Assembly (NCBI GenBank): GCA_002633005.1
Contig: NMRA01000217.1
Span: forward strand, 552,417 to 616,416
Direction of reading: 5' to 3'
DNA length: 64,000 nucleotides
Origin: Phoronis australis
Taxonomy: Eukaryota > Animalia > Phoronida
Below are positions 40,023 through 52,785 of the stretch, piece after piece (the first letter of the stretch is position 1; every line of letters starts with the position of its first letter). The notes under the pieces were generated by a model. That model worked only from the letters and a program-made list of their open reading frames with translations. It did no database searches and had not been told where the DNA came from. The translations under genes and the position numbers were made by a program.

Positions 40023-41464
40023 TTATTGTGGTGTAACGATGTTTCTCAAAATGGCTATCACGTGATGAAGCTTGTCTGTTGTTGATCTACACATTTTGAC
40101 CACACTCTTGAGACCAGTGAGTTGTTTTCTTCCTGTGGGTGTGTTCGCGTGAATGAAAATTGATTCTATGATCAACCCTAGAGCATCTACGTCTCTCAGT
40201 TTTGACATTAGAATGCCACGTGTTGAATCCATATTCGCGTCAGCGTGTCTGAAATGGAGAATGCATTTCCCTGAAAGCCACATTTCGTTTCTACTGTGTA
40301 GTTACGCTTTAAATGAATTTCCAGAAATATGCTTGTTGCCCTTAAGATTCTATCAAACAGAGATTGGACATTTCCTAGATATTGCGTATGATACCACCCA
40401 TTTTCTCACGCGGTTGAAACGGGTATAACTATACGTTTACTCGATCTTGGCCGAATTCCCTTATTGGTCTCTGGTGATGCTTGGGTTTGCTTACCTGGAT
40501 TCTCCAAACTAGTCACTAAATTAATCCCATTCTGTAAGGGACTGTTCGCAATTACTATTTCACTGGGCTGTTGCTGGCGTTGACCTACGGTTTTGACGCC
40601 ATGGAATGACCATGTCACAACGTACGTCTACGTTGTCAGTTTGCTCATTTTCACGCCATAAAACAGGGCGAGGCGACCAATAGGAGAAATGTAAGCAAGA
40701 TCCAACAAGGCAAAAGCTTAATACACGAGTGTACAAACCATGCATTCATGGTCGGCATTTAGCTTTGAAGCCGATACTTGCACAGTGACAGACACAAAAA
40801 CACAAGACATTCGAATGCTTCCAATTTTTTCACTTTCAGAGATGATAGGGGGTCGGGAGCGTATGAGCATGTCTACCGATGATGCTAAAGCCGAGGAGCT
40901 GCAGTATGCCGGTCAGGGTCGCACACTTTTCAGATTCCCCGCTAAACACTTACATACTCACATTGTCGCATGGCTAAAATCGATGATGTAAACTTTAACA
41001 TCAGTTCCAATCGTATCTTCTAAAATCACGTTATCCACTTTTAGGTCGGCTATGATCACATCCAGGTCGTGGATTGTTTTTACAGCCGTCACCAACTGTA
41101 GCGCTATGGAATACCACATTATTCCTGGATATACGGTCCTTCTACTCAGCAGGTGGTCGCACAACGTAGTCCCATCTCCCACCGCTGCCATGACAATGCC
41201 GTATTTCTGTGTTTGAGCGTCGGGGTCTATCATCACCCCATACACCCACGGCACAACTCCAGTGTTACGCAGCCTCAGTAGACATTCGAATTCTCGGACA
41301 AGCCATTCAGTTTCACACGTCGCGTTCTTTTTAATGATTGCTTGGTATCTACTTTCTCGAGTACATAGAGACCCGTAATAAACAGCACCACATGCCCCCT
41401 GGGCTATTTCTTCGCCCTTTTTTATTTTATCGAGATCTTCGTACCTGGAAAACAATTTGTTCAT
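40023..41464 (-). CDS. Atypical protein kinase-like gene, 2 coding exons: 40962-41464 and 40023-40248; 242 aa
   Basis: Gly loop IAQGACGAVY, beta3 AIIKK, alphaC REFE, catalytic loop IADLKVDNVIL, DFS; apparent stop lies inside a donor (AT|gtgagt) whose phase matches acceptor tctccatttcag|A, continuing into subdomain-IX-like RDVDALGLII. Start codon uncertain. Confidence 0.7.
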
Positions 41465-43623
41465 GTGCGCTGAGCTGTTCGGGTGTGAGACGTCGCCCAA
41501 AAATCACTCCCTTTGCACGTACATAGGATGTCATTCAAGATTTTAATGCAAATAATAGTCTCAAGCCGCTGACCGTAGCTCCAGTCTCCCCATCTTGTGA
41601 CCGAGAGAGAACAGAAAATCTTTAAGACATTGAAGTCAGTCTTCACGTTTCAAGTTGCACAAGTAAAATTAGCAAATTTGTATGTCCCCCAAACATATTG
41701 AGCAAGAGGTAACCTTATTAGGACATAGTTTGGAGCAGGTCACAATCTTCAAGGGTCGTGTTTGAAAGGGTACAGTTGCGTGGTCCCAGGTACACTACCT
41801 AGGGCTGTCCCCTTTAAAACACGCGTACTCTAGACTGTCTTGGCTGTTGTTTTTGGGGGGCAAAGGTATCCCAAATGTACACTGTACTCTTCACTACAAT
41901 GCCGATTCGAGTTAAGACGTTGCAGTCGGATCTTACTTTTCGGTGACACTTTGCAGTAAAAGTACAGTCGGCGCGTGAGCTACCACGTGCACTGCATGCA
42001 CGGGAATGTTTGCTTTGGAGAACTGAAATTTATTACACAAGAATACTGGACAATCAAACACGTCAATGCAAAGACAATTAATATTCTTCCCAAGTTTAAA
42101 TACTTAATCTTTTTTGGATCACCTCTTTACGAATTTGATACAGTTATTGCTGTTAATGTCATTTGAAGAAAACAAGAAATCTGTCACTCCACTCCGAGGC
42201 CTCCTCACAGTGGGTGACCCATTAAGAAGAAAGGACTCAACAGGTTCAGGATGAACGACATTGTGACGTGGTAAGTAAGGAAGGCCGATCTCACGTGTTC
42301 GTGTTCGTGTTTAACGTGTAGCTGAAACTCTTTATTACATGATGAAAGGCGACAACATATTGCTGGAAAAAGCCGCTGCACTCTCCACAAGTTAGGTGTA
42401 GACTTCCTTCTACCCTGAACCACACATGAACAGTGAACTTGCTACATTCGATGCCAGGGACATATAGATCGAGTGTGACATCATTGCGCCCCCAGGCCTG
42501 CGCATTTCAGTGGTTAATGACGGTCGAGAAACAAAGATTGAGATCGTGTATTAGCAAACGTAGACATTCTCTCATGCGTAAACGGAAGTTAATAAGGAAG
42601 TTTAACCAGATGACATTGTGTTGTAGTAGGAATAAGCCAATTTATATTCAATAGGCATTGGGGTTTCACCTTAACTGCTTAAGACACGATGAGTGCACAG
42701 TTGAACTTACTGGAACTGGCTTACATCAATAAGAAACTGCTCAACGGCCTCGGGCTTCCATTTTTGAAATGATGTCGAAAATAAGGACATGGCTTCTTGT
42801 GAGACTCTGTTGGCCATTTCCTCTGTAAGAACCCCTTTTAAGGACTCCGCTACACAATTGTTGCCCGCCCCATCGTTGACTTTGTTACGGAGGCTCGTTT
42901 TTTCGTGCACGTGATCTTTCCGCAAGGACAGTGAGCTGTCAGGATGTATCGAAGCATGGGGCACTTTTTTGAAACAACATAAACATACGAAGAAACGCTG
43001 AACAAAAACATCAAAGCGATGGCGACACGTCATCAGTCCTCCAGAAAACACAAATATCTTTCTGATTCTTCGATCATGAAGATTTTCCCACATTGATTCA
43101 CCTATGTCATTTCCCAATACTCATTCGATCCGCCTGTGAGAAAAAGTTTTACCGTGTACGACGCTTCCCATTGTTGACAAGTTTGCATTGTTGTGTCAAC
43201 TCGCAGAAGTTTGAGCCACGCTCACTCAATACAATATTCGTCACTTTCGTACAATGTTGCCATGTACGTAAAAAGGTGACATTTTTCTAAAAACGGCCAG
43301 CGTAAATCATGCATGATGCTCTGAGGATTTCACTGATGTCTTGGCAATCGTCTCTATCGCATATTCATTTATTTCATTAAAGGTACGCCTTTACATGTAA
43401 GTCTTCAAGTTTGCACTCTTCAAAACTTATTATACGTGTTATCCTCTTCTTTCTCAGTTATGCTAGGCGGAAATTACAGTCGTTCTCAGGACTATGAACA
43501 CAATGAACGTAACGTGACAGAGTTCATCAGAATTATGCCAAATCTTGCTAGAAATATTTTTAAGTTTAGTCAAAATTTTGCCGCAGTAAAATGGCCTCTT
43601 GGTGAACTTTTGTTTAAGTTTAA

Positions 43624-44733
43624 AGGAGAATGCCACCCGATTTAATTAGTCTTTTTTACCGTCTTAATCGGTCCACATCGCCTCTTATTCGGTCGACTTC
43701 ACCTTGCCGAGAGGTGTCGGGTTAACCTGTGAGGAAGATGAGAAACGACGCAGCGACATCAGTGCTTCGTCTGCAGAGTGAATGCTGCTATATTGCAGTG
43801 CATCGGTTCCCGCTTGTCCGATCTATGAAGCTGCGAAGGAAGCGGGTAGGCCTATATCGCTTTTTCGACTTCCTCGAGAGCCCGAAATGCTTAGGAAGTG
43901 AATTGCGGTAGTGAAGAATGAAAGGTATGCTGTGAATAACGAGTATGATTACGTGAAACATCTCCGTGTCTGTGGCCTGCACTTCGTCGACAGCGATTTC
44001 TCTGACGAATTCTGGCTTAACACTGAAAGATCTATCCATACGTTCCGTTGCCTGTGCATGTTCACGGCGCCTCTCTAATATTGCTTGATCAGTGTATTCC
44101 GGTTCGAACTGATAGCTGTGAAACCGAACGATCCATCTGTGAAGTCTTCGTCAGATGAGCTCTTGGCCAAGTCGGGATTAGCGTCGGCGATTCTGCGCTC
44201 TGTTTCAAAATGAATTATTCTCATCCTAAAATGATCCTAAGCAATGCAGCTTATATGAAAGTAAAAAACAAAGTCTGTCTCATTAGATACATTTTGTAAT
44301 GCCTTGGAGTGCTCGTGAGTGCAAATGTTTTGACAAGTCCCGATAAACCACTGCGTTACCGGTTTTTGATGCCGGCAACAAAGGTAATTGACGGGGCACC
44401 GAGGCCGTGTGAGCCCATGCTAATTCAGTGTTTGCTCAAAGAAAGCTGTTGTGAAACAATTACTCGATTTTATATGCTATGGTCGCATGTAAGGAGAATC
44501 TTTGTTTAGAAATACAAATACATTATTCAAATCATTGTTACTGTACAACCTTTGCCCTGATGGTCTGTGGAAGGGGAAACCGACTTTGCGGCCTCCGACT
44601 AGTAAGTAGATTTTCAGTTTCGTCACGGGCTAATTCACATAAATAATTACGTGCGCATTATTTCTTTGGCTCGCTATTATAGTCTTTTCGTGACTGGAGG
44701 TTTAGTCTCCAACTCAAGCTGGTTTATGTTCGT
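43624..44733 (-). mobile_element. Kolobok-type element, partial (runs into N gap); same insertion site as the 48796 copy
   Basis: TTAA|AGGAGAATGCCACCC; flank upstream is homologous to the flank of the 48796 copy. Confidence 0.8.
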
Positions 44734-45451
44734 NNNNNNNNNNNNNNNNNNNNNNNNNNNNNNNNNNNNNNNNNNNNNNNNNNNNNNNNNNNNNNNNNNN
44801 NNNNNNNNNNNNNNNNNNNNNNNNNNNNNNNNNNNNNNNNNNNNNNNNNNNNNNNNNNNNNNNNNNNNNNNNNNNNNNNNNNNNNNNNNNNNNNNNNNNN
44901 NNNNNNNNNNNNNNNNNNNNNNNNNNNNNNNNNNNNNNNNNNNNNNNNNNNNNNNNNNNNNNNNNNNNNNNNNNNNNNNNNNNNNNNNNNNNNNNNNNNN
45001 NNNNNNNNNNNNNNNNNNNNNNNNNNNNNNNNNNNNNNNNNNNNNNNNNNNNNNNNNNNNNNNNNNNNNNNNNNNNNNNNNNNNNNNNNNNNNNNNNNNN
45101 NNNNNNNNNNNNNNNNNNNNNNNNNNNNNNNNNNNNNNNNNNNNNNNNNNNNNNNNNNNNNNNNNNNNNNNNNNNNNNNNNNNNNNNNNNNNNNNNNNNN
45201 NNNNNNNNNNNNNNNNNNNNNNNNNNNNNNNNNNNNNNNNNNNNNNNNNNNNNNNNNNNNNNNNNNNNNNNNNNNNNNNNNNNNNNNNNNNNNNNNNNNN
45301 NNNNNNNNNNNNNNNNNNNNNNNNNNNNNNNNNNNNNNNNNNNNNNNNNNNNNNNNNNNNNNNNNNNNNNNNNNNNNNNNNNNNNNNNNNNNNNNNNNNN
45401 NNNNNNNNNNNNNNNNNNNNNNNNNNNNNNNNNNNNNNNNNNNNNNNNNNN

Positions 45452-45973
45452 NGCTGTATCTCCCAAACCGTTTGCAGGATCTTTACTAAATTTAGCAAGT
45501 GTATTTATGTGATGTTGACAACGGACGATGACGACTTTAGGATGATTCTGACTACCGGTATGCCTCTAGTGGCAATTTTAGTATTTGCCTCTAGTGGCAA
45601 TTTTAGTATTTTACATTGACCTCTGTATTTTCATAGGTCTTCAGGTGTATACTTTGTGTTACTTCGTGACTGAAGGAAAAGTTCCAAGTAGAAATTTGTT
45701 TCTGGCATTCTAATGCTGTGCTAATCTCGTATGTTGGTAAATTTGTTTTTAATTCTATGTTTCTGTGGTGCTTTAAGCAACTGGTGTTAAGGATGTGCTT
45801 GTATTATGAAGATTACTCACTCCTAGCCTATTGAGGAGACAATGACCATGCCTTTCCATTTTGCAAAGTATGCCCTCTACTGGCCACATTATGGTACCAA
45901 TAAACAACCCTAGAAGGATACCGTATGCGGTGCAATTGTGGGCGCATTTCAACGCTCCGCGTTGCTCTTGTTT
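45452..45973 (+). mobile_element. 3' part of a non-autonomous repeat (Helentron/HINE-like) inserted in the intron of kinase copy 2
   Basis: Absent from the homologous intron of copy 1; ends with small hairpin and ctcttgttt, a pattern recalled from HINE elements. Confidence 0.4.
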
Positions 45974-46104
45974 AACTTTCAGAGATGATAGGGGGTCGGG
46001 AGCGTATGTGCATGTCTACCGATGACGCTAAAGCCGAGGAGCTGCAGTATGCCTGTCAGGGTCGCACACTTTTCAGATTCCTTGCTAAACACTTGTATAC
46101 TCAC

Positions 46105-46604
46105 ATTGTCGCATGGCTAAAATCGATGACGTAAACTTTAACATCAGTTCCAATCGTATCCAAAATCACGTTATCCACTTTTAGGTCGGCTATGATCACA
46201 TCCAGGTCGTGGATTATCTTTACAGCCGTCACCAACTGTAGCGCTATGGAATACCACATTATTCCTGGATATACGGTCCTTCTACTCAGCAGGTGGTCGC
46301 ACAACGTAGTCCCATCTCCCACCGCTGCCATGACAATGCCGTATTTCTGTGTTTGAGCGTCGGGGTCTATCATCACCCCATATACCCACGGCACAACGCC
46401 AGTATTACGCAGCCTCAATAGACATTCGAATTCTCGAACAAGCCATTCAGTTTCACATGTCGCGTTCTTTTTAATGATTGCTTGGTATCTACTTCCTCGA
46501 GTACATAGAGACCCGTAATAAACAGCACCACATGCCCCCTGGGCTATTTCTTCGCCCTTTTTTATTTTATTGAGATCTTCGTACCTGAAAAACAATTTGT
46601 TCAT
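46105..46604 (-). CDS. Second copy of the kinase-like exon 1 (allele or recent paralogue); exon 2 absent, cut off by a repeat and the N gap
   Basis: Near-identical translation to 40962-41464 with a few substitutions and one in-frame codon deletion; same gtgagt donor at 46104. Confidence 0.6.
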
Positions 46605-48795
46605 GTGCTCTGAGCTGTTGGGGTGATAGCCGTCGCCCAAAAATCACTCCCTTTGCACGTACGTATATGTCATTCAAGATTTTAATGCAAATAATAGTCA
46701 CAAGCCGCGGACCGTAGCTCCAGTCTCCCCATCTTGTGACCGTATTAGAGAGAATAGAAAATCTTTAAGACATGTTGAAGTCAGTCTTCACGCTTCAAGT
46801 TACACAAGTAAAATTAGCAAATTTGTATGTCTCCCCAAACATATTGAGCAAGAGGTAACCTTATTAGGACATAGTTTGGAGCAGGTGATGATCTTCAAGG
46901 GTCGTGTTTGAAAGGGTACAGTTGCGTGGTCCCAGGTACACTACCTAGGGCTGTTCCCTTTAAAACACGCGTACTCTAGATTGTCTTGGCTCTTGTTTTT
47001 TGGGCAAAGGTATCCCAAAATATACTCTTCACTACAATGCCGATTCGAGTTAAGACGTAGCAGTCGGGTCTTACTTTTCGGTGACACTTTGCTGTAAAAG
47101 TACAACAGGCGCGTGAGCCACCACGTGCACTGCATGCACGGGAATGACTGCTTTGGAGAACGGAAATTTATTACACAGGAATACTGGACATTCAAGCACG
47201 TCAATGCAAAGACAATATTCTTCCCTTAATCCCTTTTGGATCACCTCTTTACGAATTCGATACAGTTATTGATTTGAAGATGACAAGAAACCTGTCACTC
47301 CACTCCATCATCGAGGCTTCCTCACAGTGGGTGACCCCTTAAGAAGAAAGGAACCAACAGGTTCAGGATGAACGACATTGTGACGTGGTAAGTAAAGAAG
47401 GCCGATCTCACATGTTCGTGTTCGTGTTTAACGTGTAGCTGAAACTCCTTATTACATGATGAAAGGCGACATCCTATTGCTGAAAAAAGCAGGCCCTCTC
47501 AACAAGTTAGGTGCAGACTTCCTTCTACCCTGAACCACGCATGAACAGTGAACTTGCTACATTCGATGCCAGGAACATATAGAGTGTGACATCATTGCAC
47601 CCCCAGGTGCATGCGCATTTCTGGGTTAATGACGGTCGAGAAAAAAAGATTGAGATCGTGTATTAGCAAACGTAGACATTCCCTCATGCGTAAACGCAAG
47701 TTAATAAGGAAGTTTAACCAGATGACATTGGGTTGTAGTAGGAATAAGCCAATTTATATTCAATAGGCATTGGGTTTTCGCCTTAACTGCTTAAGACACG
47801 ATGAGTGCACAGTTGAACTTACTGGAACTGGCTTGCATCAATAAGAAACTGCTCAACTGCCTCGGGCTTCCATTTTTGAAATGATGTCGAAAATAAGGAC
47901 ATGGCTTCTTGTGAGACCCTTTTGGCCATTTCCTCTGTAAGAACCCCAGTAAGAAGACAGCTGTCTTTTAAGGACTCCGTTCCACAATTGTTGCCCGCCT
48001 CATCGTTGATTTTGTTATGTAGGCTCGTTTTTTCGTGCACGTGATCTTTCCGCAATGACAGTGAGCTGTCAGGATGTATCGAAGCATGGGGCACTTTTTT
48101 GAAACAACATGAACATACGTAGAAACGCTGAATAAAAACACCAAAGCGATGGCGACACGTCATCAGCCCACCAGCAAACACAAATATCTTTCTGATTTTT
48201 CGATTACGAAGATTTTCCCACATTGGTTCACCTATGTCATTTCCCAATATTCATTCGATCCGCCTGTGAGAAAAAGTTTTACTGTACGACGCTTCCCATT
48301 GTTGACAAGTTTGCATTGTTGTGTCAACTCGCAGAAGTTTGAGCCACGCTCACTCAATACAATATTCGTCACTTTCGTACAGTGTTGCCATGTACGTAAA
48401 AAGGTGACACTTTTTAAAAACGGCCAGCGGTAAATCATACATGTATCTTGGAAAAATGAAATGTTTAGGCTATCCCGTCAAATTTGATGCTGTGAGGATT
48501 TCACTGATGTCTTGACAATCGTCTCTATCGCATATTCATTTATTTCATTAAAGATACGCCTTTACATGCAAGTCTTCAAGTTTGCACTCTACAAAACTTA
48601 TTATACGTGTTATAACTTCTTTCTCAGTTGTGCTAGACGGAAATTACAGTCGTTCTCAGGACTGTGTACACAATGAACGTAACGTGACAGAGTTCATCAG
48701 AATTATGCCAAATCTTGCTATAGGATTATTTGTAAGTTTAGTCAAAATGTTGCTGCAGTAAAATGGCCTCTTGGTGAACTTTTGTCGAAGTTTAA

Positions 48796-50448
48796 AGGAG
48801 AATGCCACCCGATTTAATTAGTCTTTTTTACCATCTTAATCGGTCTATATGCACATCGCCTCTTATACGGTCGACCTCACCTTGCCGAGAGGTGTCGCGT
48901 TAACCTGTGAGGAAGATGAGAAACGACGCAGCGACGTCAGTGGTTCGTCTGCAGAGTGAATGCCGCTATATTGCGGTGCATCGGTTCCCGCTTGTCCGAA
49001 CTATGAAGCTGCGAAGGAAGCGGGTATATCGTTTTTTCGACTTCCTCGATAGCCCGAAATGCTTAGGAAGTGACTCGCGGTAGTGAAGAATGAAAGGTAT
49101 GCTGTGAATAACAAGTATGAGGACGTGAAACATCTCCATGTCTGTGGCCGGCATTTCGTCGACAGTGATTTCTCTGATGAATTCCAGCTTACCACTGAAA
49201 GATCTATCCATACGTTCCGTTGCCTGTGCATGTTCACGGCGCCTCTCTGGTATTGCTTGATCAGTGTATTCCGGTTCGAACTGATAGCCTGTGAAACCGA
49301 ACGATCCATCTGTGAAGTCTTCGTCAGATGAGCTCTTGACCAAGTCGGGATACGCGTCAGCGATTCTGCGCTGTTTCAAAATGAATTATTCTCATCCTAA
49401 AATGATCCTAAGCAATGCAGCTTATATGAAACTGAAACAAAGTCTGTCTCATTAGATACATTTTGTAATGCCTTGGAGTGCTCGTGAGTGCAAATGTTTT
49501 GACAAGTCCCGATAAACCACTGCGTTACCGGTTTTTGATTCCGGCAACAAAGGTAATTGACGGGGCACCGAGGTCGGGTGAGCGCATGCTAATTCAGTGT
49601 TTGGTCAAAGAAAGCTGTTGTGAAACAATTACTCTATTTTATAAGCTACGGTCACATGTAAGGAGAATCTTTGTTTAGAAATACAAATACATTATTCAAA
49701 TCATTGTTACTGTACAACCTTTGCCCTGATGGTCTGTGGAAGGGGAAACCGACTTTGCGGCCTCCGACTAGTAAGTAGATTTTCAGTTTCGTCACGGGCT
49801 AATTCACATAAATAATTACGTGCGCATTATTTCTTTGGCTCGCTATTATAGTCTTTTCGTGACTGGAGGTTTAGTCTCCAACTCAAGCTGGTTTATGTTC
49901 GTACCAGTCCCGGCGGCCGCGACCGGCCTGATCGGGTTCCGAGCCACTGGCTAGGATAACAAGCGTTTTGTGTGTTTAGAACTCAAAAATCACAAGTATA
50001 AACAACACACATCTAGGCTCTCCTGTCTGCACGGAAGAATAGGCCTACTTCGAATTTATCTCCGAACAGACTACAAACTCCTTCTACAGACCTTGGTAAA
50101 TTGGCCTGCCGAACTTTGTAGGCTACGGTGTGTCCAAATACCTGTAAATCCGTAACTGCGAAATAAAACAACACGTTTTTATAAGAACTCGCTGTATTTT
50201 AAGGGTTTTACATCGAAGTTTGTTGATTTATTGGTGTTAAACGATGAATTCAAGCGATAAGCTGACACCACTACACCGTGTTGTGAACTTCTGAACAGAC
50301 TGCGTGTGAAACCAATTACGTCATTGGATAATTTCAACACCTCTGTCTGCCGTCACATGTCAGGTAACGCAACCGAACCTGCCGTTACCGAGTAGAACTA
50401 CTCGATCTAAATTGATACAAAGTAGGCTTTTTTGGGTGGCATTCTCCT
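48796..50448 (-). mobile_element. Non-autonomous Kolobok-type DNA transposon, complete copy (1653 bp)
   Basis: Perfect 15-bp TIR AGGAGAATGCCACCC, TTAA on both sides, AG..CT termini, internal THAP remnant; these are the defining traits of Kolobok. Orientation given relative to the copies at 6954 and 12386. Confidence 0.85.
48960..49190 (+). pseudogene. THAP zinc-finger remnant (transposase N-terminus) inside Kolobok element
   Basis: MPLYCGASVPACPNY..AGISFFRLPR*PEMLRK*LAVVK...HLHVCGRHFVDSDF: C2CH signature with F-x-x-P, W (TGA here, TGG in the 12386 copy) and CxxHF; two in-frame stops. Confidence 0.8.
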
Positions 50449-52785
50449 TTAATGGAGAACAACAGATAGTTAGTTTTGTGTACCGAAATTGGAGGATGCC
50501 CACTTTATTTTGAAAACTATTATAGGCCTGCGCTTCAAATTGGACCTTTAGGGTCACTCAACCAACACTGACCTTACGCGAACCAGTAGTGTAGAAGCTT
50601 TCAAAAGTGACCATAATGCATCTCCTAGGCTAACATTTAGGGTTTTGTTATCGCAGCGTCTAAGCGAACAGACTGTGACTAACCCGTCCTATTGATCGTT
50701 TCACAAGTCAATGCGTGGCTTAGCGGCGCGCTGTTGAAGAAAACTTATTCTCATATTTCTGTTATAATGCGTCGACTTTAAAAATTCAAAGACGGATAAT
50801 GTTTATGTTATATTTCTAAAAACAGTTATGTTGTCGTTTACCTTAGTTTTTGTTCTTTTTTGACTTTGTATCTTGTACGCTAATCAGAATCGTTGATTTA
50901 CGACCTCAATCATCCCATCTAATACACATGAGCGGACACGCCCATGAATAGCAATAAGTTTACTTCAATCTGTGGCGGCGCCAACAAGCCTTTGATACTC
51001 TGGGGTGAACAGGGCACGCATTCTCGTCCACTTGCTTCCAAACCTTGCTAGTGGATAGCGTTGCCTAATAAACTAACTTAAAATAGGCGAAGATCGGATT
51101 TGGCGGGAACTTTGAACTACAAGCTTGCACTCTCACGCGCAATATTGTGCACGATAACGTCAAACGGACATGTACAAACACCGTATCGAGCTAGTTTGTT
51201 TAAACTAAGCATCGCCCGTTAGCACTAAAATTTTATTCGTGAGTTTCGGATATTATGACCTGCGCTCGCCCACAGAAGTCCATGGACGCACTACTCGTCA
51301 ATGCAACTGCAGAAGAAGACACCCACCACTTCATTTGTCTGCTTATTTAAAAGCGTTATTTCTATATTTTTAAATTTATTGCACAGTTCCGGGATCAAAA
51401 CTCTGACAATTAAAACCACTTACTTTCACCTGATCAGCAAAAATCTACGTTATTACAATATATTTTTATTCATCTCATCAATTAACCCGTCAGCCTAAAA
51501 AGACATCTGATTGGTTTTCTATAACGACTGCGAGCGTAGCTTCCCGATATTAAATCGAACGCAAATGTTCATGGAACTTTCCTTCTAATGTCGTTCTAAT
51601 CGGTATTGTTCGCGACAAACAATGTTGCTCATAAGCAAAAAGCTCCTCACACGCGAGGAAACGCGATGCATCACCCAGGAAAAAATGGGAACATCTTTAG
51701 GGTGTTTGTAAAAGCAAATGAAGTTCCACGACGACTAAACCACAAGTGTTAAAATACACGAATTTTAATGGCACTGGTAAGGCCAAGTGTTGGGGATATT
51801 AATTCATAAAGAAAAGAAAAAAACGTGTTTTTATGTGTGGTCCACTACTCACATGTCGCTCACTATCATTTCAATGACATCCATAAAGACCCTACAAAGT
51901 AGCTACACAACTCCTCTTGAGTGTCTACCCTTAGATGGATTTCTCAGTCTACACTTTTGATTCGCCACAGTGTTTAAAGATACCATCTCCTCTTCATATG
52001 ATCAAAAACTTCATAAACGGATTTGACGCAACAAAAATATACATATTTTCAAAGTCAATCCAGATTAATATGAATTTTAAGCTTAGTTTTTATTTTCGGT
52101 GGCGCACCACAACCTAAAATGGCCGCCGTAGTGAGTGAGAGGTGGATCATAAATTACGGGTACTCACTCTATTGCTGACATATGTAATGAGACTTTTGCG
52201 GTATCCTCGCCTGTAAAATAAGGCAAACACAGATTGAAAGTTACAAAAATTCTTATAATTTAGTAGTATCTTTCGACTGACGAGACTCATCCTGTGTTCC
52301 TTAAATTGGTGAATTTAATGGAAGGTTATCATTACAAAATTTTTTCACCTACAGTGCATCCCTGACCGTACATGTATATAGTAACAAGCCGTAACTGCTC
52401 GCCTTTCTTAATGCCAAAAAGAAGATTTACGACCAATGGCTATCTCAGTTAGACTTTGAAAAAATGTAAAGCTTCGGAATTTCTGTGGACCATTCTTGAT
52501 AAATACGATCGCCGACAAATCACATTAAAACAAGGACGCTGCTCTCATATTAACAGTCGTCGTTGGGGACAGGTTGCACTCAGCTACACAACTGAAGAAA
52601 AATTATTCACGTTTCCATGCCCTCTCATCTCCAAACATCGGGTTTCACAATGAAGGACGACGTTTACTTGTATGACGTGTATTGCTCTAAATTTGATAAT
52701 GTCCTGTGTGTTCAAAAGAGTTCGTTTACAGTTGATGCTTATAACGAATTTCAGTAGTCAGAATGGAAAGTCAGAGAAATGGTTT

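Larger units (their letters stand above)
40832..49902 (+). repeat. 3.9-kb direct duplication (40832-44733 / 45975-49902) across the N gap 44734-45451
   Basis: Colinear with scattered SNPs and indels; contains kinase exon 1 and the Kolobok end. Confidence 0.95.

Noticed and set aside
40958-41500. Kinase as truncated single-exon pseudogene
   Set aside because: The stop overlaps a consensus donor and a phase-compatible downstream exon supplies the missing C-lobe.
44651-45619. 250-322 aa ORFs
   Set aside because: Artefacts of the N gap 44734-45451.
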